Counted from the stretch's first letter, positions 1 through 10,160 are shown. The stretch is 64,000 nucleotides of DNA from Anaerolineaceae bacterium (GCA_002702065.1 NZXX01000004.1:131748-195747); one strand, 5' to 3'. Numbers and translations: made by a program. The notes: generated by a model not told the origin, from the letters alone.

Positions 1-359
1 GCATTGCTCAACCATATATACAAAAATGCACCAAAGACGCTTAACACTAGAATATATATTTCATCCATTAGGGCTTCGAAGTGTGTCATTCCTAACACTC
101 TTGCCAAAGCAATCAAAAATAAAGAAATAACTACACTCTCCCGAACGATTACAATAGAGCCATCTAATATATCCACCAAGCTTATACCGACAGCCATTAC
201 CAATCCACCAACCAAAGCATTAAAAAAAACTATTCTATATAGTGAATGTAAAAGACTAGCTCGTGACTGCCGTGTTCTCAATACAGGCCATTGAGCTGCT
301 TTAAAAAACCCACTAAATGGAAATGACAAAATATATGTAATTATTACTGCTAATAACAT
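1..359 (-). CDS. Partial membrane protein (N-terminal ~119 aa, runs off the left edge)
   Basis: My own reverse-strand translation from ATG at 359-357 reads MLLAVIITYILSFPFSGFFKAAQWPVLRT...LVGGLVMAVGISLVDIL...VISLFLIALARVLG... with no stop before position 1. It is hydrophobic and helix-like. It starts 24 nt after the stop of the 383..1303 gene, in the same low-GC block. It is missing from the ORF track because it is open-ended. Confidence 0.4.
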   Translation of the reverse strand, partial: MLLAVIITYILSFPFSGFFKAAQWPVLRTRQSRASLLHSLYRIVFFNALVGGLVMAVGISLVDILDGSIVIVRESVVISLFLIALARVLGMTHFEALMDEIYILVLSVFGAFLYIWLSN

Positions 360-382
360 TTTTCCGATAACACTTAACTCAT

Positions 383-1303
383 TCAATGATTTTCCCCTTT
401 CAATGAATTTAATCCTGCTAACACATAAACAATGGAGGTTATTACTAATATTACCAAAGAAAAATAGGCCCATTTATCCGGAGCCTCTGAATATGTCAAA
501 AAAACAAATGCCATCGGCACAAAGGCTCCAAAAGTCTCAGCTAAAATAAACCTGGCCCGTTTGCCATACTTTAACGAATACACTATAGACAAAAATATCC
601 AGAATAATAGCGTTGCAAGCCCGATAGCAACTACAATGGCAAAAAAGCTATGATTTGCTCGATAGATACGTGAAAAAAGGACAAAGAAGACTAAAAAGAA
701 ATTGATACTTAATACTATTATTTCTTGTTTGTGTGTTAATAATGGTGAGTTATCTTTCTTATGTTGACTTGACAACCATATTACTAAATAAAATAGTACG
801 ACTTGTCGTGTTGCAAAGCCAGATGGAACATCTTGAATATCTTCACCTAAATCTACCGGAAGCAAATTCTCTACTAAACTGGTTATCCAAGGATCATGTA
901 GAGGTTCGGCAATGGCACCGGGGCGAGAATAGGCAAAGGACGGCTTTAGGACATAATTGCCTAAAAGATATATCAATAATAATAATAAAATTGGCAAGCC
1001 ATATGCCATTAGTAAGCGAACATACCTAGGTTCAGTAGAATGTACGTTCTTTAGGTACAAGTTTGCAAGGATACCTGCCAAAATTATTCCTAGTAAATGA
1101 CAAAGTAAGGGATCAAAAAAAAAGGTGGCTTTATCAAGTAGCTCATGGCGCCAAAAAACAGGATAAGTGATATCCGAAAATCTATTATTGAAAAATATTA
1201 TAAGCAGAAATGCAGCTAAAAATGAACCATATATAATTGTTCTGGGCAAGTGCTCAGGGAGCAACCGAATTGGGGTTTGTAGCAAATGTTTCATATTTTC
1301 CAT
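383..1303 (-). CDS. PAP2-superfamily (acid phosphatase/lipid phosphatase-like) polytopic membrane protein, variant motifs
   Basis: 306 aa with multiple hydrophobic helices. PAP2 motif C1 is KPSFAYSRP (Kx6RP). C2 reads PSGF instead of PSGH. C3 reads SRIYRANH followed by SFFA, so the usual Asp is absent. Lies in a low-GC region. Confidence 0.6.
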   Translation of the reverse strand: MENMKHLLQTPIRLLPEHLPRTIIYGSFLAAFLLIIFFNNRFSDITYPVFWRHELLDKATFFFDPLLCHLLGIILAGILANLYLKNVHSTEPRYVRLLMAYGLPILLLLLIYLLGNYVLKPSFAYSRPGAIAEPLHDPWITSLVENLLPVDLGEDIQDVPSGFATRQVVLFYLVIWLSSQHKKDNSPLLTHKQEIIVLSINFFLVFFVLFSRIYRANHSFFAIVVAIGLATLLFWIFLSIVYSLKYGKRARFILAETFGAFVPMAFVFLTYSEAPDKWAYFSLVILVITSIVYVLAGLNSLKGENH

Positions 1304-1547
1304 TTGAACTCCAGTTTAGAATTCTTTAGGTTACTTTTTCGAGTTCATTATTACATTTAGAGTAAATCAAAAAGTAACATAATTGTCAAGATTACTTAAA
1401 CGACAAAAAAATAATAAAATATAATAATCTAAAAGATATCATTTCTAATTCCGGCTAAAAGAATGTGCTTTTCTCATTTCCGACTTGTAAGAAACCAGCC
1501 TATCGGTGACAATTTAACCTGAGCAAGCATGACGCGGGAGGACAGTC

Positions 1548-3359
1548 GTGATTGATAGCCCCTTGCCATCAAATGAAACCCTGGTGGCCTATAGTGATGC
1601 GCTGCCCTGGGAAACCATCGAGCAGCAAAAGGAGCTGTTCAATCAGGAAATCCAACGATTGTGCTTTGAAGGCCAGGGCGACGACGTTCCGCTGGAGCAC
1701 TTGTCGGCGGTGATCGGCGCCAGCGTCCGCAGCTACTTCGACCCGACCAACCCGGCCCACGCCCAGATCCTGCTGGCAGAAACCAACGGTCAGCAATATA
1801 TTCTGGGCAGTGCCGTCAGCCAGCGCTACCGCAGTGGCAAATCGCTGCTCGACAGCTTCACCCCGTATAATCTTAACCCGGCGGTGAACCATACCAACGT
1901 CCAGGACACCGATGACCATGTCGTACGGATGCGGCCACTCGGTGCCGAACTGGAGCTTGGGCTGGTCCACGCCAACGGCACATCACCCGCCGAGCCGGAG
2001 ATGCAGAACTTCATCCGCACCTACTATGACTATGCGCAGAAGCAGGGCATTTACCCGCGCCTGGACCGGGAAGCCTGTCAGTATCAGATCGAAGCGCATA
2101 TCGCGCCCAACATTGGCTACCACAAAACACGTGCCGCCTTACAGGGGGTGATGGCGACTCTGGCGGCTGCCAGCGAAGATACGGGCCTGCGCACGGCGAT
2201 TTTATCGGCTTACCCCACCCTCAGCGACTTCAAAATCAGCGATGACCCCAAAGTTCAGACGGCGGTCGACCTCATGCTGGACGTCAACAAGCAGGTTCCG
2301 GCCTATGCCGACAAGTTGCAGGCCGCACGCCAGCGCTACCATATCAGCGGCGACGCCCATCATGTCGAGGTTTTCCGCATTCAGGGCTGCCATATACACC
2401 TGGACCTGGCCGGGCGGTCCGAAGCACTGGGCTTATTCACGTTTTACACCATGCTGCGCAGCGCAACCGCCATTGCCAACGCGACCGTCCTGAAAGGTGG
2501 CCCGTTTCTCAATGGCACCTGTGACCCGGAACTGTTGTGTGTGCGCGAGCATGTGCGCCGCACCACGATTACCGGGCGCTATCTGGACCTGCCCCTCAGC
2601 CCACATCTGCGAGCGGGTGACCTCGACGATTTTGCCACCCTGCTGGAAACTGAACGCGTCAATGCGATGGCACGGGCTTTGCTGTATAACGACGACACGC
2701 CTGATGTCCCCGTCTCGGCGATGCACAACCCCATTGGTCGCATCCGCCCGGACCTCGCCAACAGCCACCGTATCTGCACAGTCGAAAGTACCGGGATGCC
2801 GGCGCACATCAGCGTGTCGCGCACGGCAGCCGTTCTCACCGACTTCTCATTCACCCATACCATTATCGAGCATTACTTCCGCCAGCATGGTTGCGATCTC
2901 GGCCCGATGTACGACAACCAGACGATGTGGTCGATCCTCGGCCCACTGGACCGCGCGACCTTCACCGCACAGCATGACGCGGGTGACCGCCAGGGAACCG
3001 ACATGGTGCTCAAAACCGCCACCGGCGACGAAATGACGCTGGGTGAATTTTACGAAATGAAGCGGCGCTTCATGCACCGGGCACTGTCCGAGATTATGGA
3101 CATTACCCCGCGCGACATCGACGACGTATACACCAGCCTCAACCGGATGATTGCCCCTCTCAGCGGCAATTCTGCCCAGACCATCGAACAATTTGTCAGC
3201 GACCCGAAGCTGCGCAGCACCGGCAACTGGGGCAAGATCCTGCGCGATGCCTTTGTCGAGGCTGGCGGCACACCGGGCAGCCATAACCCCGACGCCGTAT
3301 TAGAGGTTGTTAACAGTATCCACGAGGCGATGAAAACACGCTATCTTGTTCAAGTATAA
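1548..3359 (+). CDS. Glutamate-cysteine ligase family 2 (GCS2/YbdK)-like carboxylate-amine ligase, long form
   Basis: 603 aa with a GTG start preceded by GGGAGGA. GCS2-like segments seen by eye: RPLGAELELGLV, QYQIEAHI, GCHIHLDL, NPIGRIRPD, TVESTGMP. N- and C-terminal extensions relative to ~370-aa YbdK-type enzymes. The functional call is tentative. Confidence 0.55.
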   Translation: MIDSPLPSNETLVAYSDALPWETIEQQKELFNQEIQRLCFEGQGDDVPLEHLSAVIGASVRSYFDPTNPAHAQILLAETNGQQYILGSAVSQRYRSGKSLLDSFTPYNLNPAVNHTNVQDTDDHVVRMRPLGAELELGLVHANGTSPAEPEMQNFIRTYYDYAQKQGIYPRLDREACQYQIEAHIAPNIGYHKTRAALQGVMATLAAASEDTGLRTAILSAYPTLSDFKISDDPKVQTAVDLMLDVNKQVPAYADKLQAARQRYHISGDAHHVEVFRIQGCHIHLDLAGRSEALGLFTFYTMLRSATAIANATVLKGGPFLNGTCDPELLCVREHVRRTTITGRYLDLPLSPHLRAGDLDDFATLLETERVNAMARALLYNDDTPDVPVSAMHNPIGRIRPDLANSHRICTVESTGMPAHISVSRTAAVLTDFSFTHTIIEHYFRQHGCDLGPMYDNQTMWSILGPLDRATFTAQHDAGDRQGTDMVLKTATGDEMTLGEFYEMKRRFMHRALSEIMDITPRDIDDVYTSLNRMIAPLSGNSAQTIEQFVSDPKLRSTGNWGKILRDAFVEAGGTPGSHNPDAVLEVVNSIHEAMKTRYLVQV

Positions 3360-3362
3360 CTG

Positions 3363-3371
3363 TGGTATAAT
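3363..3371 (+). promoter_or_regulatory. Candidate extended -10 promoter element (TGGTATAAT) upstream of rnj
   Basis: Exact TGnTATAAT match in the AT-richer intergenic region, ~200 nt upstream of the RNase J start. No convincing -35 is needed for extended -10 promoters. The transcription start is not verified. Confidence 0.35.
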
Positions 3372-3573
3372 CATTACAGTCAATATAATTAGCTTGCAAT
3401 GCTTGGGCTTGACTTTGTTTCAGGGATGAAAGAACCCCTGTTTTTGAACCACACACCCCAACTTAATGCGCTCACCATTAGAGATTATTTATTACTTTCA
3501 TTGAGAACCGTTAATAATAGTTAGACGAAAGGAATGTACCTGGGAGCAATCCTGCTGCCAGGCAATTTGCTTT

Positions 3574-5232
3574 ATGGCAAAATCTGAACTCCGAATCATC
3601 CCACTGGGCGGGTTGGGGGAAATTGGCAAGAACATGACGGTGATCGAGATGGGCAATGATGCCATCATTATCGACACCGGGATTATGTTCCCCACCAATG
3701 ATATGTTGGGTGTCGATTACATAATCCCCGATTTCCGCTACCTCACCAACCGTGACGATCTGACCATTCACGGGATCATCTACACACATGGCCATGAAGA
3801 TCACACCGGGGCTGTCGCCCATGTGATCGATGCCCTGCCGGGTGTCCCGATCTACGCCACCCCGCTGACCGCTGCGCTGCTGACGGTCAAACTTCAGGAT
3901 GCGCGGGTCAAGGACAAGACGACCGTCAACGTGTTTGAGGCTGGCGACGTCTTCAAGCTGGGGCCCTTCAAAATCGAGAGCTACCACGTGTGCCACAGTA
4001 TCCCGGATTGTGTTGGCTTTGGCATCAACACACCCTATGGCCTGATCGTGCATACGGGCGACTACAAGTTCGACAACACACCGGTCGACGGGAAAAAGCC
4101 GGACTATGCCAAGCTGGCCGACTTCTCGCGGCGCGGCGTCCTGCTGCTGATGGGCGACAGCACCAATGCCGATCAACCCGGCTGGACTCCGTCCGAAAGC
4201 AATGTGTCCGCCGCCTTCGACGATGTCTTCCGTCAGGCAAAGGGCCGCATCATGATCGCCACGTTTGCGTCGCATCTGTCGCGCATTCAGCAGGTGGCGA
4301 GCTTTGCCGAAACCTACGGGCGGCATCTGGCCATTGCCGGACACAGCATGACCGAAAACGTCAAAATGGCCCGCAAGATGGGCATCCTCAATATTGACGA
4401 CAAAACCCTGATCGACCTGCACCGCATCAACAATTACCCGCCGCACAAAGTGGTCTTAATGGTCACCGGTACGCAGGGCGAACCATCGGCTGTGCTCGGT
4501 CGGCTGGCGATGGGCCAGCACCGGCATCTCGATGTCATGCAGGACGACACGATCGTCATTTCCGCGCATCCTATTCCGGGCAACGAGGAGATGGTCTATC
4601 GCATCATCAACAAGCTGTTCCAGCGCGGGGCTAACGTGATCTATGATCCGATTGCGCCGGTCCACGTGTCGGGCCATGCCAAGCAGGAAGAGATGAAGCT
4701 GATGCTCAACCTGACGCGCCCGCGCTATTTCCTGCCGGTTCATGGTGAACTGCGCCACCTGCGGGAACACGCCAAGCTGGCACAGCAGGCCGGTGTTGAC
4801 GAAAAGAACATCTTCGTCCTGGAAAATGGCTACACCCTCAGCATCAACAAGCATGGTATGCGCGTTGGCGAACGGGTGCCGGGTGGCTATGTCTTCGTGG
4901 ATGGCAGCGGCGTCGGCGATGTGGGCCGTGCCGTGATGCGCGACCGCGAAATCCTGGCGCGTGATGGCTTCCTGATTGTGGTAGTCAATGTGGATAAGAA
5001 AACCGGCTCAATCAAGGGCGACCCGGAGATTATTTCGCGCGGGTTTATCTACCTGCGGGAAGCCGACGACCTGATTGACATGGTGAAATCCACCGTGCAG
5101 TCGACGCTTGATCAGACGAGCCAGAGTCAGAATGGCAGACGTCGTGACCAGCTCCAGGACAACATCAGCAAGATGCTGTACAACGAAACCAAACGCCGTC
5201 CGATGGTATTCAGCATCATCAACGAGCGCTAG
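3574..5232 (+). CDS. rnj: Ribonuclease J
   Basis: 552 aa. The N-terminus MAKSELRIIPLGGLGEIGKNM is typical of RNase J. Metallo-beta-lactamase motif HGHEDHTGA, beta-CASP region and C-terminal domain are present. Confidence 0.95.
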   Translation: MAKSELRIIPLGGLGEIGKNMTVIEMGNDAIIIDTGIMFPTNDMLGVDYIIPDFRYLTNRDDLTIHGIIYTHGHEDHTGAVAHVIDALPGVPIYATPLTAALLTVKLQDARVKDKTTVNVFEAGDVFKLGPFKIESYHVCHSIPDCVGFGINTPYGLIVHTGDYKFDNTPVDGKKPDYAKLADFSRRGVLLLMGDSTNADQPGWTPSESNVSAAFDDVFRQAKGRIMIATFASHLSRIQQVASFAETYGRHLAIAGHSMTENVKMARKMGILNIDDKTLIDLHRINNYPPHKVVLMVTGTQGEPSAVLGRLAMGQHRHLDVMQDDTIVISAHPIPGNEEMVYRIINKLFQRGANVIYDPIAPVHVSGHAKQEEMKLMLNLTRPRYFLPVHGELRHLREHAKLAQQAGVDEKNIFVLENGYTLSINKHGMRVGERVPGGYVFVDGSGVGDVGRAVMRDREILARDGFLIVVVNVDKKTGSIKGDPEIISRGFIYLREADDLIDMVKSTVQSTLDQTSQSQNGRRRDQLQDNISKMLYNETKRRPMVFSIINER

Positions 5233-5246
5233 CACAACAGGGTAGA

Positions 5247-5281
5247 GGCAGGTCCGGTATAACCGCGACCAGCGACCTGCC
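5247..5281. terminator. Hairpin between convergent rnj and the transglutaminase-like gene
   Basis: GGCAGGTC ... GACCTGCC forms an 8-bp stem with a ~19-nt loop between two convergent stops. No strong U-run. Confidence 0.35.
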
Positions 5282-5293
5282 TGCTTTCCCTTC

Positions 5294-7795
5294 TTACCGT
5301 CGCCGCCAGGGCATGAACACCCGCTGAAGCCAGCGCTGCAAAATGCTGCCGCGCGCCTCATTCCACGCATCATCAACCGTATCCGCCTGCTGCTCGGCCT
5401 GGACCGGGTGCCGGTCGCCACGTCCATAGCGTTCGGTCGCGTACAGGTCGGTAATGGCCGTTACAGGCGGCTCCACCACCGGCAGTTCCTGTACCACGTG
5501 GTAGCGTCGCTCGGCAGGGGTTTCCGTCTCGGCAAATCGAATACCGATCAACGGCATAAAACGCTCCAGCCGCGCATAGGCCCGCGCAATCGGGCTGAGG
5601 CCACGCATCCCGCGCCATTCCCACCACCACCAGATAAACACCAGGATCGCCACAACCAGCAGCACCACCAGCACGGCCAGCAGCACTACCCCGACAATCG
5701 ACAGCAGCGTATCCAGCACACTGCGCGATTCCGGTGACTGCGGTTCGATGGGCGGTGGCACCGTCGGAACAATGACCGGTGTTGTGGTGGGTGTGGTCGT
5801 CGGGCTGGCGGTTGGCGTGGTGGTGGGCAGCTGACGCCCTTCATCCGCCGCTGAGGAGTCCGGGGCGGTCGCTTCCAGCGTCGGTGTGACGGTTGGCGAA
5901 GGTGTTGCCGTCGGTGTCGGGCTAAACTGCGGTGTCGGCGTCGGCTGCTGCACAACGGGCGTATCATCAACCCGGCTGAGCGGCGCCTGGGCAGCGGTGG
6001 GTTCAAACTCGACCCAGCCAAACCCAGGGAAATAGACCTCTACCCAGGTATGAGCATCACGCTCCGCGACGACAAACTGTTGCAAGTTGGAATCCCACGT
6101 GCCCTGTGCGAACCCGGCAGCCATCCGTGCCGGAATACCCAGCGAACGCAGCATCACGATCATGGCCGACGCATAGTAATTGCAGTAGCCTTCTTTGAGG
6201 TCGAACAGCAGCCAGTCAACGGGGTCCTGCCCGCGTGGCGGCTGGGGGATACTTTCGTTATAAAGGATATTCTGCCGCAGCCATGTTTCGACCGCTTTGG
6301 CCTGATCATAAGCGTTGGTCGCGCCGGCTTCCTGCACGATCAACCGCGCCAGGTCAGACGTGCGCTGCGTCACCGATGGCGAGACATACAGGTACAACTG
6401 CTGTACCCAGGGGGGATAACTCGTCGGGGCCTGACGCAGTTGGCTGGCCGTCGCGCTGCTCATCAGGCTGACCGCCGTGTAATCTTCGCCGCGTTCCAAC
6501 ACCTGCGCGGGTCGTACCACAGAAATATTCATGGCCTTGACGCCGCTGCCGCCGCCATCCGGGCCAGTGAAGCGGTCATCAGGGCCGATATAGCGCAGGT
6601 CCGTGCGTGTAGGCAGATCAACCGAAAGCACCTGCGGGGCTGTATAGATCAAGCGCGACGCTCGCAGCGCAAAGGTGAAGGTCTGCGACACGGGCACCCG
6701 CGCCCCATCCACATACGGCTCATGAATGACGTTCAACGGCGACTGCGGATCAGTCAGACGCGTATCCGCCGCAGGCAGCCAGCGCCCGGCTTCGTATGTA
6801 TCGAACACGCGCGAACGCCAGTAATAGCGTCTGCCCGGTGGCGCGGACACCAGCATGACGGTCTGTTCGCCCAGTTGAATGGCCCCCCCCAGTTGCAGCG
6901 AATCGCCGCCATAATAATCGGCGGTTGTCGGCCCCTGAAGATCACCGGACGCGAACAGGCGGTTCCAGAACTCGCTCAGTTGGGTCAGTGGTTCTTCGGC
7001 CAGGAATTCCTGAAAACGATCCAGCCGTTCTTGCAAGTTGGACGACGGCACCACCCATGCCAGCAGCAGGGCCAGCAGCGCAAACAACGCCCCCATCCGG
7101 TAAAATTGCTGGCGCAGACGGCGCGGCACCCGAATACCGTTGACATACCAGTCCCACTCGCGCGCGTCGAGGTTGGACCGCACGATCAGCAACAGGGCCA
7201 TAAACAGAAAGACGATCAGATAACCGTCGAGGTTATTTTCGCCCGCGTAGTAAATGCTGTTGGTGACCAGAATTAACCCTGGCGGCAGAATCGCACGCCA
7301 TACCCGGTCGATGCGGAACACGTGCCAGGCCGCGCTGTAACCCAGAAACCACAACAACGACGCAATCAATATCGTAAAGACCAGTTCGTCCTGATTAATG
7401 CCGCCGGTCATGGCGTCGAGCAGCCAGTTGAAGGTGCGCTGGAAAACGCTGTTGATGCCTTCCAGCATGTTGCCTGGCTCGTTCAGCGACGCAAAAAACA
7501 GCACAGACGCGCCGCCATAAATGCCGCTCATGATGAGCGCGAACAACTCGTTATACTGGCTGCGTGCCAGCAGCAGCCCAAAGAGGACGCTCAAAAACAG
7601 CACCGGCAGAACGGTCCCCAGCGCCAGCGGCCAGCCAGCGACGTTCAGCGCCAGCACCGGCATCAACAGCATGGTGAAGACGATCAGCAGTGCGGTGATA
7701 TCGCCGGATGAAAACAAACTGCGCACAGATAGACGCAGGCGGCGAAAATATTGTTCGTACCAGGGGTCCTGGCGGCGATGTGTGCTTGCTGCCAT
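5294..7795 (-). CDS. Transglutaminase-like membrane protein (DUF3488 / transglutaminase core / DUF4129-type architecture)
   Basis: 833 aa with a multi-TM N-terminus. Transglutaminase core EGYCNYYASAMIVMLRSLGIPARMAAGF ... DAHTWVEVYF. A Pro/Thr-rich linker is followed by a TM helix and a C-terminal tail. Confidence 0.9.
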   Translation of the reverse strand: MAASTHRRQDPWYEQYFRRLRLSVRSLFSSGDITALLIVFTMLLMPVLALNVAGWPLALGTVLPVLFLSVLFGLLLARSQYNELFALIMSGIYGGASVLFFASLNEPGNMLEGINSVFQRTFNWLLDAMTGGINQDELVFTILIASLLWFLGYSAAWHVFRIDRVWRAILPPGLILVTNSIYYAGENNLDGYLIVFLFMALLLIVRSNLDAREWDWYVNGIRVPRRLRQQFYRMGALFALLALLLAWVVPSSNLQERLDRFQEFLAEEPLTQLSEFWNRLFASGDLQGPTTADYYGGDSLQLGGAIQLGEQTVMLVSAPPGRRYYWRSRVFDTYEAGRWLPAADTRLTDPQSPLNVIHEPYVDGARVPVSQTFTFALRASRLIYTAPQVLSVDLPTRTDLRYIGPDDRFTGPDGGGSGVKAMNISVVRPAQVLERGEDYTAVSLMSSATASQLRQAPTSYPPWVQQLYLYVSPSVTQRTSDLARLIVQEAGATNAYDQAKAVETWLRQNILYNESIPQPPRGQDPVDWLLFDLKEGYCNYYASAMIVMLRSLGIPARMAAGFAQGTWDSNLQQFVVAERDAHTWVEVYFPGFGWVEFEPTAAQAPLSRVDDTPVVQQPTPTPQFSPTPTATPSPTVTPTLEATAPDSSAADEGRQLPTTTPTASPTTTPTTTPVIVPTVPPPIEPQSPESRSVLDTLLSIVGVVLLAVLVVLLVVAILVFIWWWWEWRGMRGLSPIARAYARLERFMPLIGIRFAETETPAERRYHVVQELPVVEPPVTAITDLYATERYGRGDRHPVQAEQQADTVDDAWNEARGSILQRWLQRVFMPWRRR

Positions 7796-7920
7796 ACCAT
7801 TACAATCCAGTTATCGCTTACAACAAAAGAGGGATAGTCGCTATCCTATCCCCTGAACATTGCCCATTGTAATCGCATCAACCAGCCCTGACAACGCACG
7901 ATTGCACTACGGCAGTTGAA

Positions 7921-9741
7921 TCAATAGCTCTTGACGGTCACCCGCAAAAGGCGCAGATGCCCGTTCTCGTCGACCTCCGGCGCAGGGATCGGAACCGGGT
8001 CCGCCCAGAAATAGACCGTCATGCGGATGTCATATTGGTTGGCAGCGGGGAATGGCAGGGCAAGTTCGCGTGTCTCGACATAATAGGTTCCCGGCTGCCA
8101 GCGGCTGGTTTCGGTTGGCGCAGACGGCGGCTCGTCAGGCTGGGGCGGGCTGTCGATCTGGTCGTAAACGGTTTGGCCGCGCACCAGATAGGTGCTGACG
8201 CTGTAATCCAGCTCCGGCACACGATCCACCGACCACCACAGCCGCAGCCGCACCGTTTCCCCCTCATGCCGGACGACCGAGCCATCGAGCACATTATCGC
8301 CGTTCAGCACGTCCACGCCATGAAAGCGCATCCCGTTGTCAAACAGAACCCCGGTTGAATCCGGCGGCGCTTCATACAGGCGGAACAAACACCCCGGCGG
8401 CCCGACAAACCGCCCGGCGACATAACCCGTTTGAAGTTCACTTTTTACAGGATTAGGCTGATCATCTGCGTTCAACACCCACAGACGGCGGATGCCCGCT
8501 GGCGACGTCACGGCATGGAGGCCGGCAGGGAAATACACCCGCTGGTAATAATCCCATTCTTCCGGCGTGCCACAGGCATTATCGGTATTGCCGAGCAGCG
8601 AATCGCCCGGTCGCATATGGTCCCGCAGCCAGCCGAAATTCTCCCCAAGTGGCGATAGCTGATCCCAAATCTGATACTGGCCATCAGTGCGCAGCGGAAA
8701 AAACAACATGACCGCCAGCACCAGCGATGCCGCCGTCCGCCCATAATGCGGCAGATAAGCCAGCCCGGACGCAACAAACAGGGCCAGTCCCGGCATCACC
8801 CACCAGGCATAGCGCGGTGAAAAAAAGCCCAGCACCGGGTTCAGCCCATACAACACCACCGGCACAACCACACCCCAGACAAACAGGGCGATCAGCAGCC
8901 GGTTCGCAACGCGACGATACAGCACCCAGGCACCGGCAATCACAAACAGGGCCAGCCACAGATAAAATGACAACCCGGTATAGTCCTGGAACAGCTGCAG
9001 CAGAGCTTCGGGTAATGGCGGCAGATTTAAGGTCTGTGTCGCTTCGACCCGTGCGGTCGCAATCTGCGCCTTTGCCAGAATCTCCGGCAAGACCAGCGCC
9101 GCCGCCAGAATGCCGGGCAGCCACCAGCGCCAGATCGCCCGCCCATACACAATCAGCGTCAGCAAACCGAACATCATAAACGCGCCGAAACTGGTCAGCG
9201 AGGTATAGAACATGGCAGCCAGCGCCAGCGCCAGCGGGACTGCCCGCCGCACCGATGGCCGGTCAAAATAGCGGACGGTCAGCCACAAGGCCAGCGGCAG
9301 CAGCGCCAGCATCAGGGCATAGCCGCGCACCTCCAGGCTGAGCAGCAGCCCATAGCCCAGCGCGCCATAAGCCAGCATACCCAGAATACCCGCCTCCACC
9401 CCTTGCCAGCGGCGCATCAACCGGAAGACAAACGTGGTGCCGATCAGAAACAGCAGTGCCGAGAGCGTGCGCAACGCCAATGGGTACGCGCTCGTCAGAC
9501 TGCGCCAACCCGCCAGCAGCAGATAGTAACCGGGCGGCCAATCGTAGGGCGTCCATTGAATAATCTGCTGGGGCGTGCCAAACGTCTGCCATGCCGACCA
9601 GATTTCATCCGTATTCATAGTCAGGTCGTCCAGCCAGATCAGGCGGCTGGCGGCGATCAGCAGCAGAACGATGGCGACAACCGGGATTCGACGCGAAGTC
9701 ATGGAAATATCAGAAACCTGTTGGATCACTGCGCGCAGCAT
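7921..9741 (-). CDS. GT-C fold glycosyltransferase (ArnT/PMT, GT39/GT83-like) membrane protein
   Basis: Polytopic membrane protein with a DE motif in the first loop (NTDEIWSAW) and a C-terminal soluble domain. I moved the start to the ATG at 9741 (MLRAVIQQ...) because the longest ORF (to 9849) would overlap the RNase P RNA gene. Confidence 0.75.
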   Translation of the reverse strand: MLRAVIQQVSDISMTSRRIPVVAIVLLLIAASRLIWLDDLTMNTDEIWSAWQTFGTPQQIIQWTPYDWPPGYYLLLAGWRSLTSAYPLALRTLSALLFLIGTTFVFRLMRRWQGVEAGILGMLAYGALGYGLLLSLEVRGYALMLALLPLALWLTVRYFDRPSVRRAVPLALALAAMFYTSLTSFGAFMMFGLLTLIVYGRAIWRWWLPGILAAALVLPEILAKAQIATARVEATQTLNLPPLPEALLQLFQDYTGLSFYLWLALFVIAGAWVLYRRVANRLLIALFVWGVVVPVVLYGLNPVLGFFSPRYAWWVMPGLALFVASGLAYLPHYGRTAASLVLAVMLFFPLRTDGQYQIWDQLSPLGENFGWLRDHMRPGDSLLGNTDNACGTPEEWDYYQRVYFPAGLHAVTSPAGIRRLWVLNADDQPNPVKSELQTGYVAGRFVGPPGCLFRLYEAPPDSTGVLFDNGMRFHGVDVLNGDNVLDGSVVRHEGETVRLRLWWSVDRVPELDYSVSTYLVRGQTVYDQIDSPPQPDEPPSAPTETSRWQPGTYYVETRELALPFPAANQYDIRMTVYFWADPVPIPAPEVDENGHLRLLRVTVKSY

Positions 9742-9784
9742 TATACCACCCTGCCCGCCGGGGTCACTATGACCTATAATAAGA

Positions 9785-10160
<376 letters not shown>

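Noticed and set aside
4-294. 96-aa plus-strand ORF in the track (MLNHIYKNAPKTLNT...)
   Set aside because: The translation is low-complexity and Lys/Asn/Ile/Thr-rich, as expected from AT-rich DNA. The opposite strand gives a convincing hydrophobic membrane-protein reading frame that is open to the window edge, so I call the minus-strand gene instead.
5725-5965. Reiterated CCG/ACG/CCC-rich DNA that looks like a tandem repeat
   Set aside because: It is the in-frame Pro/Thr-rich linker (PTPTPQFSPTPTATPSPTVTPT...TTPTTTP) of the transglutaminase-like protein. This is coding low complexity, not a CRISPR or satellite repeat.
6050-7276. 408-aa plus-strand ORF antisense to the transglutaminase-like gene
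   Set aside because: This is an Arg/Gln/His-rich shadow ORF typical of the antisense strand of high-GC genes, while the sense-strand protein has clear family motifs. The same reasoning applies to 22835..23794, 26044..27033, 27079..28323, 33890..34900, 35116..36054, 37416..38336, 41294..42532 and the many shorter overlapping ORFs.
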